In this document: positions 9,897 to 19,277 of the stretch, piece by piece
Position numbering within the stretch: the stretch's first letter is position 1
Layout: each line of letters opens with the position of its first letter
Assembly: GCA_001628405.1 (NCBI GenBank)
Contig: LURN01000025.1
Location: forward strand, 120 to 64,119
Direction: 5' to 3'
Length of the DNA stretch: 64,000 nt
Source of the DNA: Candidatus Thioglobus sp. REDSEA-S12_B1
GTDB taxonomy: Bacteria; Pseudomonadota; Gammaproteobacteria; PS1; Pseudothioglobaceae
Made by a program: the position numbers and the translations under genes
The notes under the pieces: model-generated
The model's input: the letters and a program-made list of their open reading frames with translations, nothing else
Database searches by the model: none
What the model was told of the DNA's origin: nothing

Positions 9897-11809
9897 TACT
9901 GGACCTCCTTTCTATATTTTTTCCAAGCTTCAATCAAATCAATGTAATTCATTGAAACAGAATCAACTAACTCATCATCATTGATTTTCTGTTGCATCCA
10001 GAGTTCAGTTGGCTCATAAAAAATCGTTCTACCTACTGTGAATCCCTTGCATATGTCATATTTTGCTGCCACACCAAATGATTTTTTTACAATGTCTAGA
10101 GGGGCAGAAAGACCCAATAATAATACACCTTGGCAGTCTGAGTCATTTGTATTTATGATGCTACTTACTTCATCCCAGGAATTATCACTGAGTGATGGAA
10201 GCTTCCACCAATCAGGCTTTACTTCCAAACTATAAAATCTTTTTAGTATTTTTGGAATAGTTTTTTCATCATCTTTATATTCAGATGGCGGTATAACCTC
10301 AAGCAATAATTGATGACCGCTTTGAAGACACGCATGATAAAGTTCTTTTATTTTTTGTTCTTGCTTAAATTTAAGCTCCTCAGAATCATCTGGATGGTAG
10401 AAAAATAAGCACTTCACAGTATGCGTTAGAGGCCAAGAGTTTATCTTTGAGCCAATCGATTGCTCACCTTCAAACATAAGCGGCCTTGAACTTGGAAGTT
10501 CTACTGGTCTTCCAATCCACCATGATTTTTCAGCAAGTGAATTTAGCGCATCCTCTCCATAGGTATCATCAATTAATACTCCAATATTTTTTTCTGGGAT
10601 CTTTAATTTATCAATAACTTTTTGAGTTGACCTGATGAATAGGTTTTTTATTTTTTTGATTTGTTTAGAATCTACCCCATGCTTCTCAGAAAGATCAAGC
10701 AACTGTTTGCGATGGTCAAACGCAAAACCAAAAATCTCTTGCTCCTGATGAGCTCTAAAGCTAACTCTATGAAGATGATTTAATGTTACGTCTGTACTTG
10801 GATTTGCTATCTTGTGAGCATTTTCTAGATAGTATAGTAACTCTTTTTCCCCAGGAATTGCGGGAGCACAGCCGTGACGAGACACTACTAATGCACCAGC
10901 GGCATTTGCATAATTAGCGCTTTTTTCGAGACTCTCTCCTCTTAGATAACCACGAAGGAAACCTGACATAAATGCATCACCTGCTCCCAGAACGTTTAGA
11001 ATATCCACTTGGTTTCCCTTGATCACTTTGAAGTCATCTGAACTATTTGGAATATCACTAGTAATCACCGTACAACCTAATGGCCCGAGCTTTAGAACGA
11101 TAATGGAGTCACTTAGCTCTCTAATTTTCGTCAATGCAGCAATAGTATCTTCACTTCCACCCGCAATGTGAATCTCTTCCTCAGTTCCAACAACAAGATC
11201 ACAGTAAGGAAGTATGGTTTGCAAGTGACGACTCACATCATCGCTTGCAACAAATCGAGACTCGCCATCGCCTAATTCTGTTAGACCCCAAAGCACAGGT
11301 CGATAATCAATATCAACTATGACTTGAGTGTCAGAGGCTTTTGCATATTCAATTGCCTTCATGCTTGTCTGATATGTATTTTCTGATGAAAAATGTGTTC
11401 CAGTAATTAGTAAAGACCTGCTACTTGCAATAAATTCTTTACTAAAATCCTTTTCGCTAATTGCCATATCAGCACAGTCTTTACGATAGAAGATAAGCGG
11501 AAAGGTTTCTTTATCTTGAATTCCCAAAACGACTAATCCGGTTAATCTCTCTTTATCGGTCACCACATGAGAAGTATCTACACCAACACTTTCTAATTCA
11601 TTTCGAACAAAGCGCCCCATATGCTCATTTCCAACTCGAGTCAGCATAGCTGAATTGAGGCCAAGTTTGGAACATCCATAGGCAATATTTGCTGACGAAC
11701 CGCCTAAATATTTAGCAAAACTTCCCATGTTTTCCAAACTCGAGCCAATCTGTTGACCATAAAAATCAACAGCCGCCCTCCCTAAGCAAATGATATCAAT
11801 TGATTTCAT
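9896..11809 (-). CDS. iolC: Bifunctional 5-dehydro-2-deoxygluconokinase with C-terminal DUF2090 (aldolase-like) domain
   Basis: GRAAVDFYGQQIG, GAGDAFMSG, then AFDHR, GRPVELP, KPDWWK, GFTVGRTIF; start placed at ATG 11809 (TAATG overlap with iolB). Confidence 0.95.
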   Translation of the reverse strand: MKSIDIICLGRAAVDFYGQQIGSSLENMGSFAKYLGGSSANIAYGCSKLGLNSAMLTRVGNEHMGRFVRNELESVGVDTSHVVTDKERLTGLVVLGIQDKETFPLIFYRKDCADMAISEKDFSKEFIASSRSLLITGTHFSSENTYQTSMKAIEYAKASDTQVIVDIDYRPVLWGLTELGDGESRFVASDDVSRHLQTILPYCDLVVGTEEEIHIAGGSEDTIAALTKIRELSDSIIVLKLGPLGCTVITSDIPNSSDDFKVIKGNQVDILNVLGAGDAFMSGFLRGYLRGESLEKSANYANAAGALVVSRHGCAPAIPGEKELLYYLENAHKIANPSTDVTLNHLHRVSFRAHQEQEIFGFAFDHRKQLLDLSEKHGVDSKQIKKIKNLFIRSTQKVIDKLKIPEKNIGVLIDDTYGEDALNSLAEKSWWIGRPVELPSSRPLMFEGEQSIGSKINSWPLTHTVKCLFFYHPDDSEELKFKQEQKIKELYHACLQSGHQLLLEVIPPSEYKDDEKTIPKILKRFYSLEVKPDWWKLPSLSDNSWDEVSSIINTNDSDCQGVLLLGLSAPLDIVKKSFGVAAKYDICKGFTVGRTIFYEPTELWMQQKINDDELVDSVSMNYIDLIEAWKKYRKEVQ

Positions 11810-12606
11810 TATTGCTCTAGCATCCACTCATGATCAGGATGATTATTAAATATCCATTGCCTTTTCGGACCGGCCATAACATTTAAATAATAAGAATCGT
11901 ATCCATGAGGAGCTCCTACAGGATGATATCCTTTTGGTACAAGCACAACGCACTTATCTTCGACTGCCATTGTCTCATCAATTGATAAATCATCGGTATA
12001 AACTCTCTGGAAAACAAAGCCTTGCGGTGGATTGATTCGATGATAATAGGTTTCCTCTAAATAGGTTTCAACTGGAATATTATCTGAGTCATGTTTGTGA
12101 GGAGGATAGCTAGACCAGTTACCTGCAGGAGTTTTTACCTCAACCACAAGTAGACTATCAGCTTCATCTTGTTCAGGCAGTATATTGCAAATAAATCTCT
12201 GATTACTGCCCTCACCCCTTACCTCACTTGACATTTCGCTAGGCTTAATATGTCTGGCTGGAAAGTTATTAAATCCTGGCGCAATTGCTATAGCCAGCTC
12301 TAGTTGTGTTAATGCGGTTACTTTAATTTTTTTGTTGTTTGGAACATATACTGCATGAGGATTTATATCGTCAAAAACACTCATTCTCTCACCAATATTA
12401 TTGAACTCTATTTCTTCGACGCTAATATTAGCAATTCCAGATAAAACCACTAAACAACACTCATTGGATTTATCTTCCCAATTTAGCTCCTCATCTTCTT
12501 TAAGCTCATGGGCCTCAAAACCCACAAAATCCCAATTTGCTGATTGTGGTGTAATTTTCTGATAACAACTATCTTTACTATTTTTTGGTCGACTTAATAA
12601 TGACAT
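11809..12606 (-). CDS. iolB: 5-deoxy-glucuronate isomerase
   Basis: GNWSSYPPHKHD, LEETYYHR, GYHP and YYLNVMAGP. Confidence 0.95.
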   Translation of the reverse strand: MSLLSRPKNSKDSCYQKITPQSANWDFVGFEAHELKEDEELNWEDKSNECCLVVLSGIANISVEEIEFNNIGERMSVFDDINPHAVYVPNNKKIKVTALTQLELAIAIAPGFNNFPARHIKPSEMSSEVRGEGSNQRFICNILPEQDEADSLLVVEVKTPAGNWSSYPPHKHDSDNIPVETYLEETYYHRINPPQGFVFQRVYTDDLSIDETMAVEDKCVVLVPKGYHPVGAPHGYDSYYLNVMAGPKRQWIFNNHPDHEWMLEQ

Positions 12607-13428
12607 TTAATTTCCTTGTTGATGGTAGCCAATTGAAATACATATTGCTTGAACTAGACACATTGTTGCCCCTAAGGATCTAAATGTATGAATTTCAGCT
12701 TCATGAATACTAAATAAATAATCTGCAAGATGAGCGATTGGATTTAGCTCAGTATCTGTCAAAAGAATTACCTTTGAATTAGATTGTTTAGCTATCTTGA
12801 CTGCCTGAGTAGTGTTTTCATTGTAAGGGTTATATGTTATAGCTATAAAAACGGTTTGCTCGTCGAGCCAATTTGATAAATTATCAACTTCACTTGGGTC
12901 ATTAACAATACGGCACCTCATTCCGAGGTTATTTAACATATAGTAAAAATAATTGGCTACTGGTTGGGCTCTATTTGTACCGCATATTATTACTTCAGTT
13001 GCTCCGCATAAGGCCAATACTGATTCTTCCATCAAATCAATGTCAATGTTTTCAGCAAGAAGCTGAGTAGCTTCAACATTTCTTCTGGTTACATCATAAA
13101 ATATATTTGATGAATCAGTATCTGATTCACTGCCAGTAATTTTTTTTACATCCGTAATTCGCTGCTGATAATTTATTGTACTTTGAGCAATCCTTACTTT
13201 AAATAATGATTGCAGTTGAGCAAATCCACTAAAACCAAAGTGTTTCGCAAATCGAACCAATGTCGATGGGTAAACTCCAATATCATCAGCAATGACAGCA
13301 AGTGTATTAATAGCTAAATTTTGAGGCTGATCAACAATATAAAAAGCAATCAACTTCATTTTCTTACTCAAGGAGGGATAACTCTCTTGAAGTAATTGAT
13401 TTAATTCATTTATATTTGATGGGATCAT
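12607..13428 (-). CDS. iolR: MurR/RpiR-family transcriptional regulator (IolR-like)
   Basis: N-terminal HTH (PSTLVRFAKHFGFSGF) plus SIS domain; embedded in the iol operon. Confidence 0.8.
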   Translation of the reverse strand: MIPSNINELNQLLQESYPSLSKKMKLIAFYIVDQPQNLAINTLAVIADDIGVYPSTLVRFAKHFGFSGFAQLQSLFKVRIAQSTINYQQRITDVKKITGSESDTDSSNIFYDVTRRNVEATQLLAENIDIDLMEESVLALCGATEVIICGTNRAQPVANYFYYMLNNLGMRCRIVNDPSEVDNLSNWLDEQTVFIAITYNPYNENTTQAVKIAKQSNSKVILLTDTELNPIAHLADYLFSIHEAEIHTFRSLGATMCLVQAICISIGYHQQGN

Positions 13429-13439
13429 GATAATAATTG

Positions 13440-14420
13440 CTACAAATTTTCTGGCAAGCCAGATTTAAGAGACCTTTGCGCAGCTTCTGCAATTCTTAAG
13501 GCAAGAACTCCATCTTCAATATTCACACTGGGCTTAACCCCCAAATGATAGGACTCCATAAAATGGAGCAATTCATTGTGGTATGCCTTCTCATATCGTT
13601 CTAAAAAAAAATGCTGAGCTTTTGCATGATTAATGCCATCAGCATTACTAAGAACTACTTTGTCTTCTAACTCATTTTTTACCTGCAGCATGCCGCTTTC
13701 TCCAAAAGCCTCAATTCTTTGATCGTAACCAAAGGCAGCTTGTCTTCCATTTAAAATAGTAACTATTGAGCCCTTTTTCATATTCATAATGACGCTAGCT
13801 GTATCAACATCACCCTCTCTTTTGATGTCCTTATCATTTGCTCTGGCAGAAACATAAATACTCTCTGGTAAATCATTTAAAAGCCAACAAGCCATATCAA
13901 AATCATGAATCATCATGTCGTGAAAAAGGCCTCCAGAACTTCGTATATATTCCATCGAAGGCGGAGAAGGATCATGAGAAGTAATCACTAATGATTGAAT
14001 AGAACCAATTAAATTACTATCTAATTTATTTTTCAAGCTTGCCATATTTGGATCAAAACGTCTATTGAATCCAAGCATGCAAACAATTCCACTCTGCTCT
14101 ACAGATTTTGCACAAGATTCAGCTCTATCAAGACTAAGGTCAATTGGTTTTTCACAAAAAACAGGCTTGCCCACTTGTGAACACTTTTCTATAAGGTCAG
14201 CATGAGTTGCAGTGCTGCTAGCGATGATATATGCATCAATATCTGCATTGCTAAATGCTTCATCAATAGTCAAAACTTCGGCGCTATATTTTTTTGCAAG
14301 AGAATCAGCTGCCTCTTGATTAACATCAACTACAGAGTGAAGAGTTGCATTTTGTTCACTTGCAATAGCAATTGCGTGAACAATTCCAATTCTTCCAGCG
14401 CCAATTAAACATATTTTCAT
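13440..14420 (-). CDS. iolG: myo-inositol 2-dehydrogenase
   Basis: GAGRIG, CEKP, GFNRRFD, SGGLFHDMMIHDFD, YDQRIE and FFLERY. Confidence 0.92.
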   Translation of the reverse strand: MKICLIGAGRIGIVHAIAIASEQNATLHSVVDVNQEAADSLAKKYSAEVLTIDEAFSNADIDAYIIASSTATHADLIEKCSQVGKPVFCEKPIDLSLDRAESCAKSVEQSGIVCMLGFNRRFDPNMASLKNKLDSNLIGSIQSLVITSHDPSPPSMEYIRSSGGLFHDMMIHDFDMACWLLNDLPESIYVSARANDKDIKREGDVDTASVIMNMKKGSIVTILNGRQAAFGYDQRIEAFGESGMLQVKNELEDKVVLSNADGINHAKAQHFFLERYEKAYHNELLHFMESYHLGVKPSVNIEDGVLALRIAEAAQRSLKSGLPENL

Positions 14421-14460
14421 AGGATTTTATAATTCATTGTCTCGCAGATCTATCTTGAAC

Positions 14461-15231
14461 TTAGTTTCTAGCTTTGAGTTCAGAGAGTTCTTTGTTGCCA
14501 GACATCATAAATTGTAATTCTTCATAATTAATTTCACCAGCTTTAGCAGTCCCTAGAGTTTCGCCTCTTGACAAAACAGTAAATTTATCTCCAACAGCCA
14601 ACGCATGAGAAACATTATGCGAAATGAAAACTACCGCAACACCTTTTTCTCTTACCTTTTCAATCGTTTTTAAAACATTTGATGTTTGGTAAACCCCAAG
14701 AGCAGAAGTTGGCTCATCCAGGATCAATATCTCGGCACCAAAATATACTGCCCTAGAAATTGCAACAGTTTGCCTTTCACCGCCAGAAAGTGTGCCTATA
14801 GATTGACTTGGATCTCTCAACTTAATACCAATCTTATCCATCTCAGACATTAAGATTGAATTACATTTCTCAAAGTCCATTACAGTAATTGGCCCAACTT
14901 TTTTTGTTAGCTCGCGTCCAAGCCAAAAATTTCGCGCTACAGACATCAATGGAATCAAAGCTAAATCTTGATAAACTGTAGCAATACCCGAATTGATTGC
15001 ATCTCGAGGCCCACTCATTTCGACTGGTCTGCCATCAATCATAATTTCACCTGATGTAGGTTGATGAACACCAGACATAATCTTAATTAAGGTAGATTTA
15101 CCAGCACCATTATCACCAAGTAGACAGTGGCACTCACCTTTCTTAATTGAAATTGATACACCTTTAAGAGCATCAACATTTCCAAAGCTTTTGTGGATGT
15201 TTGAAAGCTGCATTATTGACTTGTCACTCAT
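14461..15231 (-). CDS. Sugar (inositol) ABC transporter ATP-binding protein
   Basis: Walker A GDNGAGKS, LSGGERQ signature, ILDEPT; single-domain ATPase. Confidence 0.92.
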   Translation of the reverse strand: MSDKSIMQLSNIHKSFGNVDALKGVSISIKKGECHCLLGDNGAGKSTLIKIMSGVHQPTSGEIMIDGRPVEMSGPRDAINSGIATVYQDLALIPLMSVARNFWLGRELTKKVGPITVMDFEKCNSILMSEMDKIGIKLRDPSQSIGTLSGGERQTVAISRAVYFGAEILILDEPTSALGVYQTSNVLKTIEKVREKGVAVVFISHNVSHALAVGDKFTVLSRGETLGTAKAGEINYEELQFMMSGNKELSELKARN

Positions 15232-16337
15232 CATTTAGCTCCTGTAATTAATTTACGAACATGTGTATTTAGAATGACTGCGAGCAATAGCAATACGCCA
15301 AGGAAAACTCTAAATAATGAGCTCTCTACTCCAATAAAGAACAGGCCTTGTTGAACTACTCCAAAGATCACAGCACCAAGTGCGGCACCAATCACTGAAC
15401 CATATCCTCCAGTCAAAAGAGCACCGCCAATCACCACCGAGATAATAGCCTCAAATTCCTTAAGAATTCCTCTATCAGCAGAAGCAGAACCAAATTCAAT
15501 CACCTGAGTTGTGGCGAAAACTGTAGCACAAAAAGCAGTAAAAACAAACATCAAAATCTTGACTCTATTTACAGGAACACCAATATGTCGAGCTGCCTGC
15601 GCATCTCCACCAGATGCATAAATCCAGTTACCAAAACGAGTTTTTGTTAATAAAAAATGTGCAAAGATTACAAGTCCTATTGCCCATACTATCATCATTG
15701 GTATACCCGATACAACCGGTTGACCAGCCTTAGTGCCTGCTACAAAAGTTTGAATCAAGCCTTTCTCACCAAGCCAATCAAAAACTCCTGTAAAAATCTC
15801 ACCACCAAAAATTGGAGCTAACCAATCATTTTCAGCGACTTCAGTAACACCGCCAATAATAGTTTTTTTAGTACTAATAATTGCAATAAAGATTGTCATA
15901 CCTCGCAAGATATATAAAAAAGCAAGGCTAACAATAAAAGAGGGTAAATTTGTTCTGACTGTAATGTAGCCAATTAGTGCTCCTATAGACATTGAAACAA
16001 CGAAGGCTGTAATGATACTTAGCCATACGGGCCATCCCCAAACTACTGATGTGACAGCAATAACTATGCCTGCAAAACCAATCATAGATCCTACAGATAG
16101 ATCAAATTCTCCTGCAATCATTAGCAGGCAAGCTCCGACGGCAATAATTATAAATTGGGAAGATACTATACCCCAGTTCATTGAGCCCTCTAGAGAGAAC
16201 ATTCCGGTATCTCGAGCTACTAAAAAAAAGAAAAGGAATACTAAAACAACACCAACTATGGCGCCTAGATCTGGCCTTAACATGACACTTCTAAAATTAG
16301 TTTTAAGGCTTGAATTGTTTTTTACATCATCTGACAT
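15231..16337 (-). CDS. Sugar (inositol) ABC transporter permease
   Basis: GEFDLSVGS, LPSFIVSL, TRFGNWIYASGGD and SVVIGG; multiple TM segments. Confidence 0.92.
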   Translation of the reverse strand: MSDDVKNNSSLKTNFRSVMLRPDLGAIVGVVLVFLFFFLVARDTGMFSLEGSMNWGIVSSQFIIIAVGACLLMIAGEFDLSVGSMIGFAGIVIAVTSVVWGWPVWLSIITAFVVSMSIGALIGYITVRTNLPSFIVSLAFLYILRGMTIFIAIISTKKTIIGGVTEVAENDWLAPIFGGEIFTGVFDWLGEKGLIQTFVAGTKAGQPVVSGIPMMIVWAIGLVIFAHFLLTKTRFGNWIYASGGDAQAARHIGVPVNRVKILMFVFTAFCATVFATTQVIEFGSASADRGILKEFEAIISVVIGGALLTGGYGSVIGAALGAVIFGVVQQGLFFIGVESSLFRVFLGVLLLLAVILNTHVRKLITGAK

Positions 16338-16363
16338 GAGTTTTAATCCACTGAGGTTTTATT

Positions 16364-16409
16364 AAAAAAAATGCTACCCACTTTACTACAATGATCAAGT
16401 GAGTAGCAT
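16364..16409 (-). terminator. Intra-operon hairpin plus U-tract between the binding-protein and permease genes
   Basis: ATGCTAC-C-CACTT / AAGTG-A-GTAGCAT inverted repeat (16371-16409) with an A-run at 16364-16371, read as a U-tract on the minus strand. Confidence 0.6.
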
Positions 16410-16428
16410 CTTTTAGATCAATTAACTT

Positions 16429-17391
16429 TTAACGATATACGCCTGCGTATTTTTCAACTAAGCTAATATTACTCTTAGTGATAAATCCAGGTCCAGAGTT
16501 AATAGCACCAGAAGGCCAAACTCCATAACGTGAAAGGTTAGTTAAGAATACAACTGGAAGGTATCCTTGTAGGTACGGCTGCTGATCAATTGCAAATGAA
16601 ATTACATCAGCCTTAACCGCTGCTGCAATCTCTCCAGAAAGATCAAAAGTACCAAAATAGATATCACCAGTTTTACCCATATCATCCAAAGCTGCAAGTG
16701 TTGGATGAGCTGATGTAGGTCCTAAAGTAAGGATTGCATCTGTAGATGGGTGAGATCTTAGATGTGCCATAACCTTGTTCTTGATTTCTGTAGGATCTTG
16801 TCCTGAATCAATCATTTGATGACCTAAGTCAACACCAAGTGCATCAGCATAGCCCTGGCAACGATCAACAGAAACCGGGTTAGTAAAGAAGTGGTTGACG
16901 CATAAGAATTCAGTTACGCCAGCTGCCTTAGCTCTCTTTCCAGCACCATATCCAGCATCATATTCTGGTTGGCCAATGTGAGCCAATGCTCCAAGTGACT
17001 CAGACTGTTCACGTGTTCCAGAGTTAATTGTTACTACAGGAATTCCTTTAGCTATAGCTGAAGTAATTGGTCCTTTCAAGACGTCGTAGTCAGCAATTGT
17101 AACAATAATACCGTCTGGATTACTTGCAGCAGCTTGCTCTACGATGCGAGCCATATCAGCAAGATCGCCAGTAGTTGGGTTACGATAATCAACATCAACA
17201 CCCATCTGCTCTCCAGCAGTTGAAATTGCATTTTTAATTGTATTCCACCATGAATCAGAATCTGGTGCATGGCTGATTAATACAAATTTCTCTCCAGAGG
17301 CAACTGCGGCAGAACTGCCAAACATTGTTGCTCCAAAAAGAACAGACACTGCTAAAAATACCTTCGCAGTGTTTTTGTAGATTTTAAACAT
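16429..17391 (-). CDS. Sugar ABC transporter substrate-binding protein (probably inositol)
   Basis: Signal peptide; SHAPDSDSWW, GTFDLS and DQQPYLQGY (periplasmic binding fold I); iol context. Confidence 0.9.
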   Translation of the reverse strand: MFKIYKNTAKVFLAVSVLFGATMFGSSAAVASGEKFVLISHAPDSDSWWNTIKNAISTAGEQMGVDVDYRNPTTGDLADMARIVEQAAASNPDGIIVTIADYDVLKGPITSAIAKGIPVVTINSGTREQSESLGALAHIGQPEYDAGYGAGKRAKAAGVTEFLCVNHFFTNPVSVDRCQGYADALGVDLGHQMIDSGQDPTEIKNKVMAHLRSHPSTDAILTLGPTSAHPTLAALDDMGKTGDIYFGTFDLSGEIAAAVKADVISFAIDQQPYLQGYLPVVFLTNLSRYGVWPSGAINSGPGFITKSNISLVEKYAGVYR

Positions 17392-17507
17392 AATGTTTTT
17401 CTCCTATTTATATATAAATTAAATATCAAAATTGATATCAATCTTGAAACAAAAGTTGTCACAAGAAAATTTAGTATACATCAATTAATTTAGGTTGTTA
17501 TATTTTT

Positions 17508-17542
17508 TTCTATTTTTAGAAAAATAGAACATATGTTATAAT
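17508..17542 (+). promoter_or_regulatory. Candidate iolA promoter (extended -10 TGtTATAAT, 17534-17542) overlapped by inverted repeats
   Basis: Perfect TTCTATTTTT-AG-AAAAATAGAA (17508-17529) and near-palindrome TAGAACAT-ATGTTATA (17525-17540). Confidence 0.5.
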
Positions 17543-17652
17543 TTATCTAAGATTAATATCTGCCTAACGATAAAAAATAGCAAGAATTATAAAAAAAATA
17601 ATACTAGAAATGACTTCTTGGTATATTAACTCAATAAATTAAAACAACCCTC

Positions 17653-19152
17653 ATGTCTTCAAACAACCTACAACATATTATTGGTGGAAAGAAACATTCT
17701 GGATCATCAGGTCGAAGCCTGGATGTTTTTAATCCTGCCACCGGCAAAGTCACAAAGTCAATTGAAGCTGCTAGTGCAAAAGATACTGCCAAAGCGATTC
17801 AAGTAGCCAGTGATGCTTTTGAAGATTGGAGTCAAGTCCCCCCCTCTAAACGGGCTCAAATCATGTTTACTTATCGCGAGCTTATTATTAAGCACACCGA
17901 TGAACTCGCAGAACTGATCTCAAAGGAACACGGTAAAACCTTTGCAGATGCTCAAGGTGAAGTGGGAAGAGGGCTTGAGATAGTGGAGTATTGCACGGCA
18001 ATTAATAATCATCTCAAGTCTGACTTTAGTGCGGATGTCTCCAGAGGCATTGATAGCCATAATTTGCGTCAAGCGCTCGGCGTCTGTGCGGGTATTGTTC
18101 CGTTTAACTTCCCTGCGATGGTTCCGATGTGGATGTTCCCAGTAGCGATTGCTTGCGGCAACACCTTTGTTTTAAAGCTCTCAGAGAAAGTACCATCTTG
18201 CGGGTTAAGACTCACTGAACTGATCCATGAAGCGGGTCTTCCAGATGGCGTATTAAATACAATCGTTGGCGATAAAGAAGCAGTCGATGAAATCCTAACC
18301 AACCCTCAAGTGAGAGCAGTGAGCTTTGTTGGCTCGACTGGTGTGGGTGAGTATATTTATCAAGAAGGTTCAAAGAACAACAAGAGAGTTCAAGCATTAT
18401 GCGGTGCTAAAAATCATATGATAGTGATGCCCGATGCTGATCTCGATCAAAGTAGTGATGCAATTATTGGAGCAGCTTATGGCTCTGCAGGTGAGAGATG
18501 TATGGCTATCTCTGTTGTGGTTGCTGTGGGTGATGAGACAGCAGATCAGCTGATTGAGTCACTTATACCCAAAGTTAAGTCACTGAAAATTGGCGCTTAC
18601 GATGAACCTGGTGTTGAGATGGGTCCAGTCGTCTCCAAAGAAAGTCAGGATAAAATCGTCTCTTATATTGACGCAGGACTCAAGGCCGGAGCCGATCTTA
18701 AGGTTGATGGCAGGTCGGAAACTGAAAGAGAGGGTTTTTATGTTGGCGGATGTCTTTTTGACAATGTCAGCTCAGATATGTCCATTTATACTGATGAAAT
18801 CTTTGGCCCAGTTCTCTCTGTTGTTAGAGTCTCAAATTATGATGAAGCGCTCAAGCTGGTCAATGACCATGAGTATGGTAATGGAACGGCTATTTTTACC
18901 AGGGACGGTGATACAGCGCGCCACTTTACAACGAATGTGAAAGTTGGCATGGTTGGCGTTAACATACCCATCCCTGTTCCTGTTGCAATGCACAGTTTTG
19001 GTGGTTGGAAGAGATCTCTTTTTGGCGGCTCCTCGATTCATGGAATGGAAGGAGTAAGGTTTTATACGCAGCTTAAAACGATTACTTCGAGATGGCCATC
19101 TGGCATTCGAAAGGGCGCTCAGTTCAATTTTGAAAGTGGGAAAGACGTTTAA
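17653..19152 (+). CDS. iolA: CoA-acylating methylmalonate/malonate-semialdehyde dehydrogenase
   Basis: PFNFPAMVP, SFVGST, AKNH, GERCMA, EIFGPV and FGGWKRSLFG; divergent from the iol operon (mmsA family). Confidence 0.95.
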   Translation: MSSNNLQHIIGGKKHSGSSGRSLDVFNPATGKVTKSIEAASAKDTAKAIQVASDAFEDWSQVPPSKRAQIMFTYRELIIKHTDELAELISKEHGKTFADAQGEVGRGLEIVEYCTAINNHLKSDFSADVSRGIDSHNLRQALGVCAGIVPFNFPAMVPMWMFPVAIACGNTFVLKLSEKVPSCGLRLTELIHEAGLPDGVLNTIVGDKEAVDEILTNPQVRAVSFVGSTGVGEYIYQEGSKNNKRVQALCGAKNHMIVMPDADLDQSSDAIIGAAYGSAGERCMAISVVVAVGDETADQLIESLIPKVKSLKIGAYDEPGVEMGPVVSKESQDKIVSYIDAGLKAGADLKVDGRSETEREGFYVGGCLFDNVSSDMSIYTDEIFGPVLSVVRVSNYDEALKLVNDHEYGNGTAIFTRDGDTARHFTTNVKVGMVGVNIPIPVPVAMHSFGGWKRSLFGGSSIHGMEGVRFYTQLKTITSRWPSGIRKGAQFNFESGKDV

Positions 19153-19218
19153 TTTTCACTCAAAATTACTTTAGTTTATTAGCTAATTTTTCTTCATAAA
19201 ATAGCTGTGAAAAAACAG

Positions 19219-19247
19219 TTGACAGTTATTTAATTTCGTATCAAAAT
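19219..19247 (+). promoter_or_regulatory. Putative sigma70 promoter for the mttB-gcvT pair
   Basis: TTGACA (19219-24), 17 nt spacer, CAAAAT (19242-47), 30 nt before the ATG. Confidence 0.45.
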
Positions 19248-19277
19248 GTTGTCAATACACAAACTCGTTTCGCGGTT

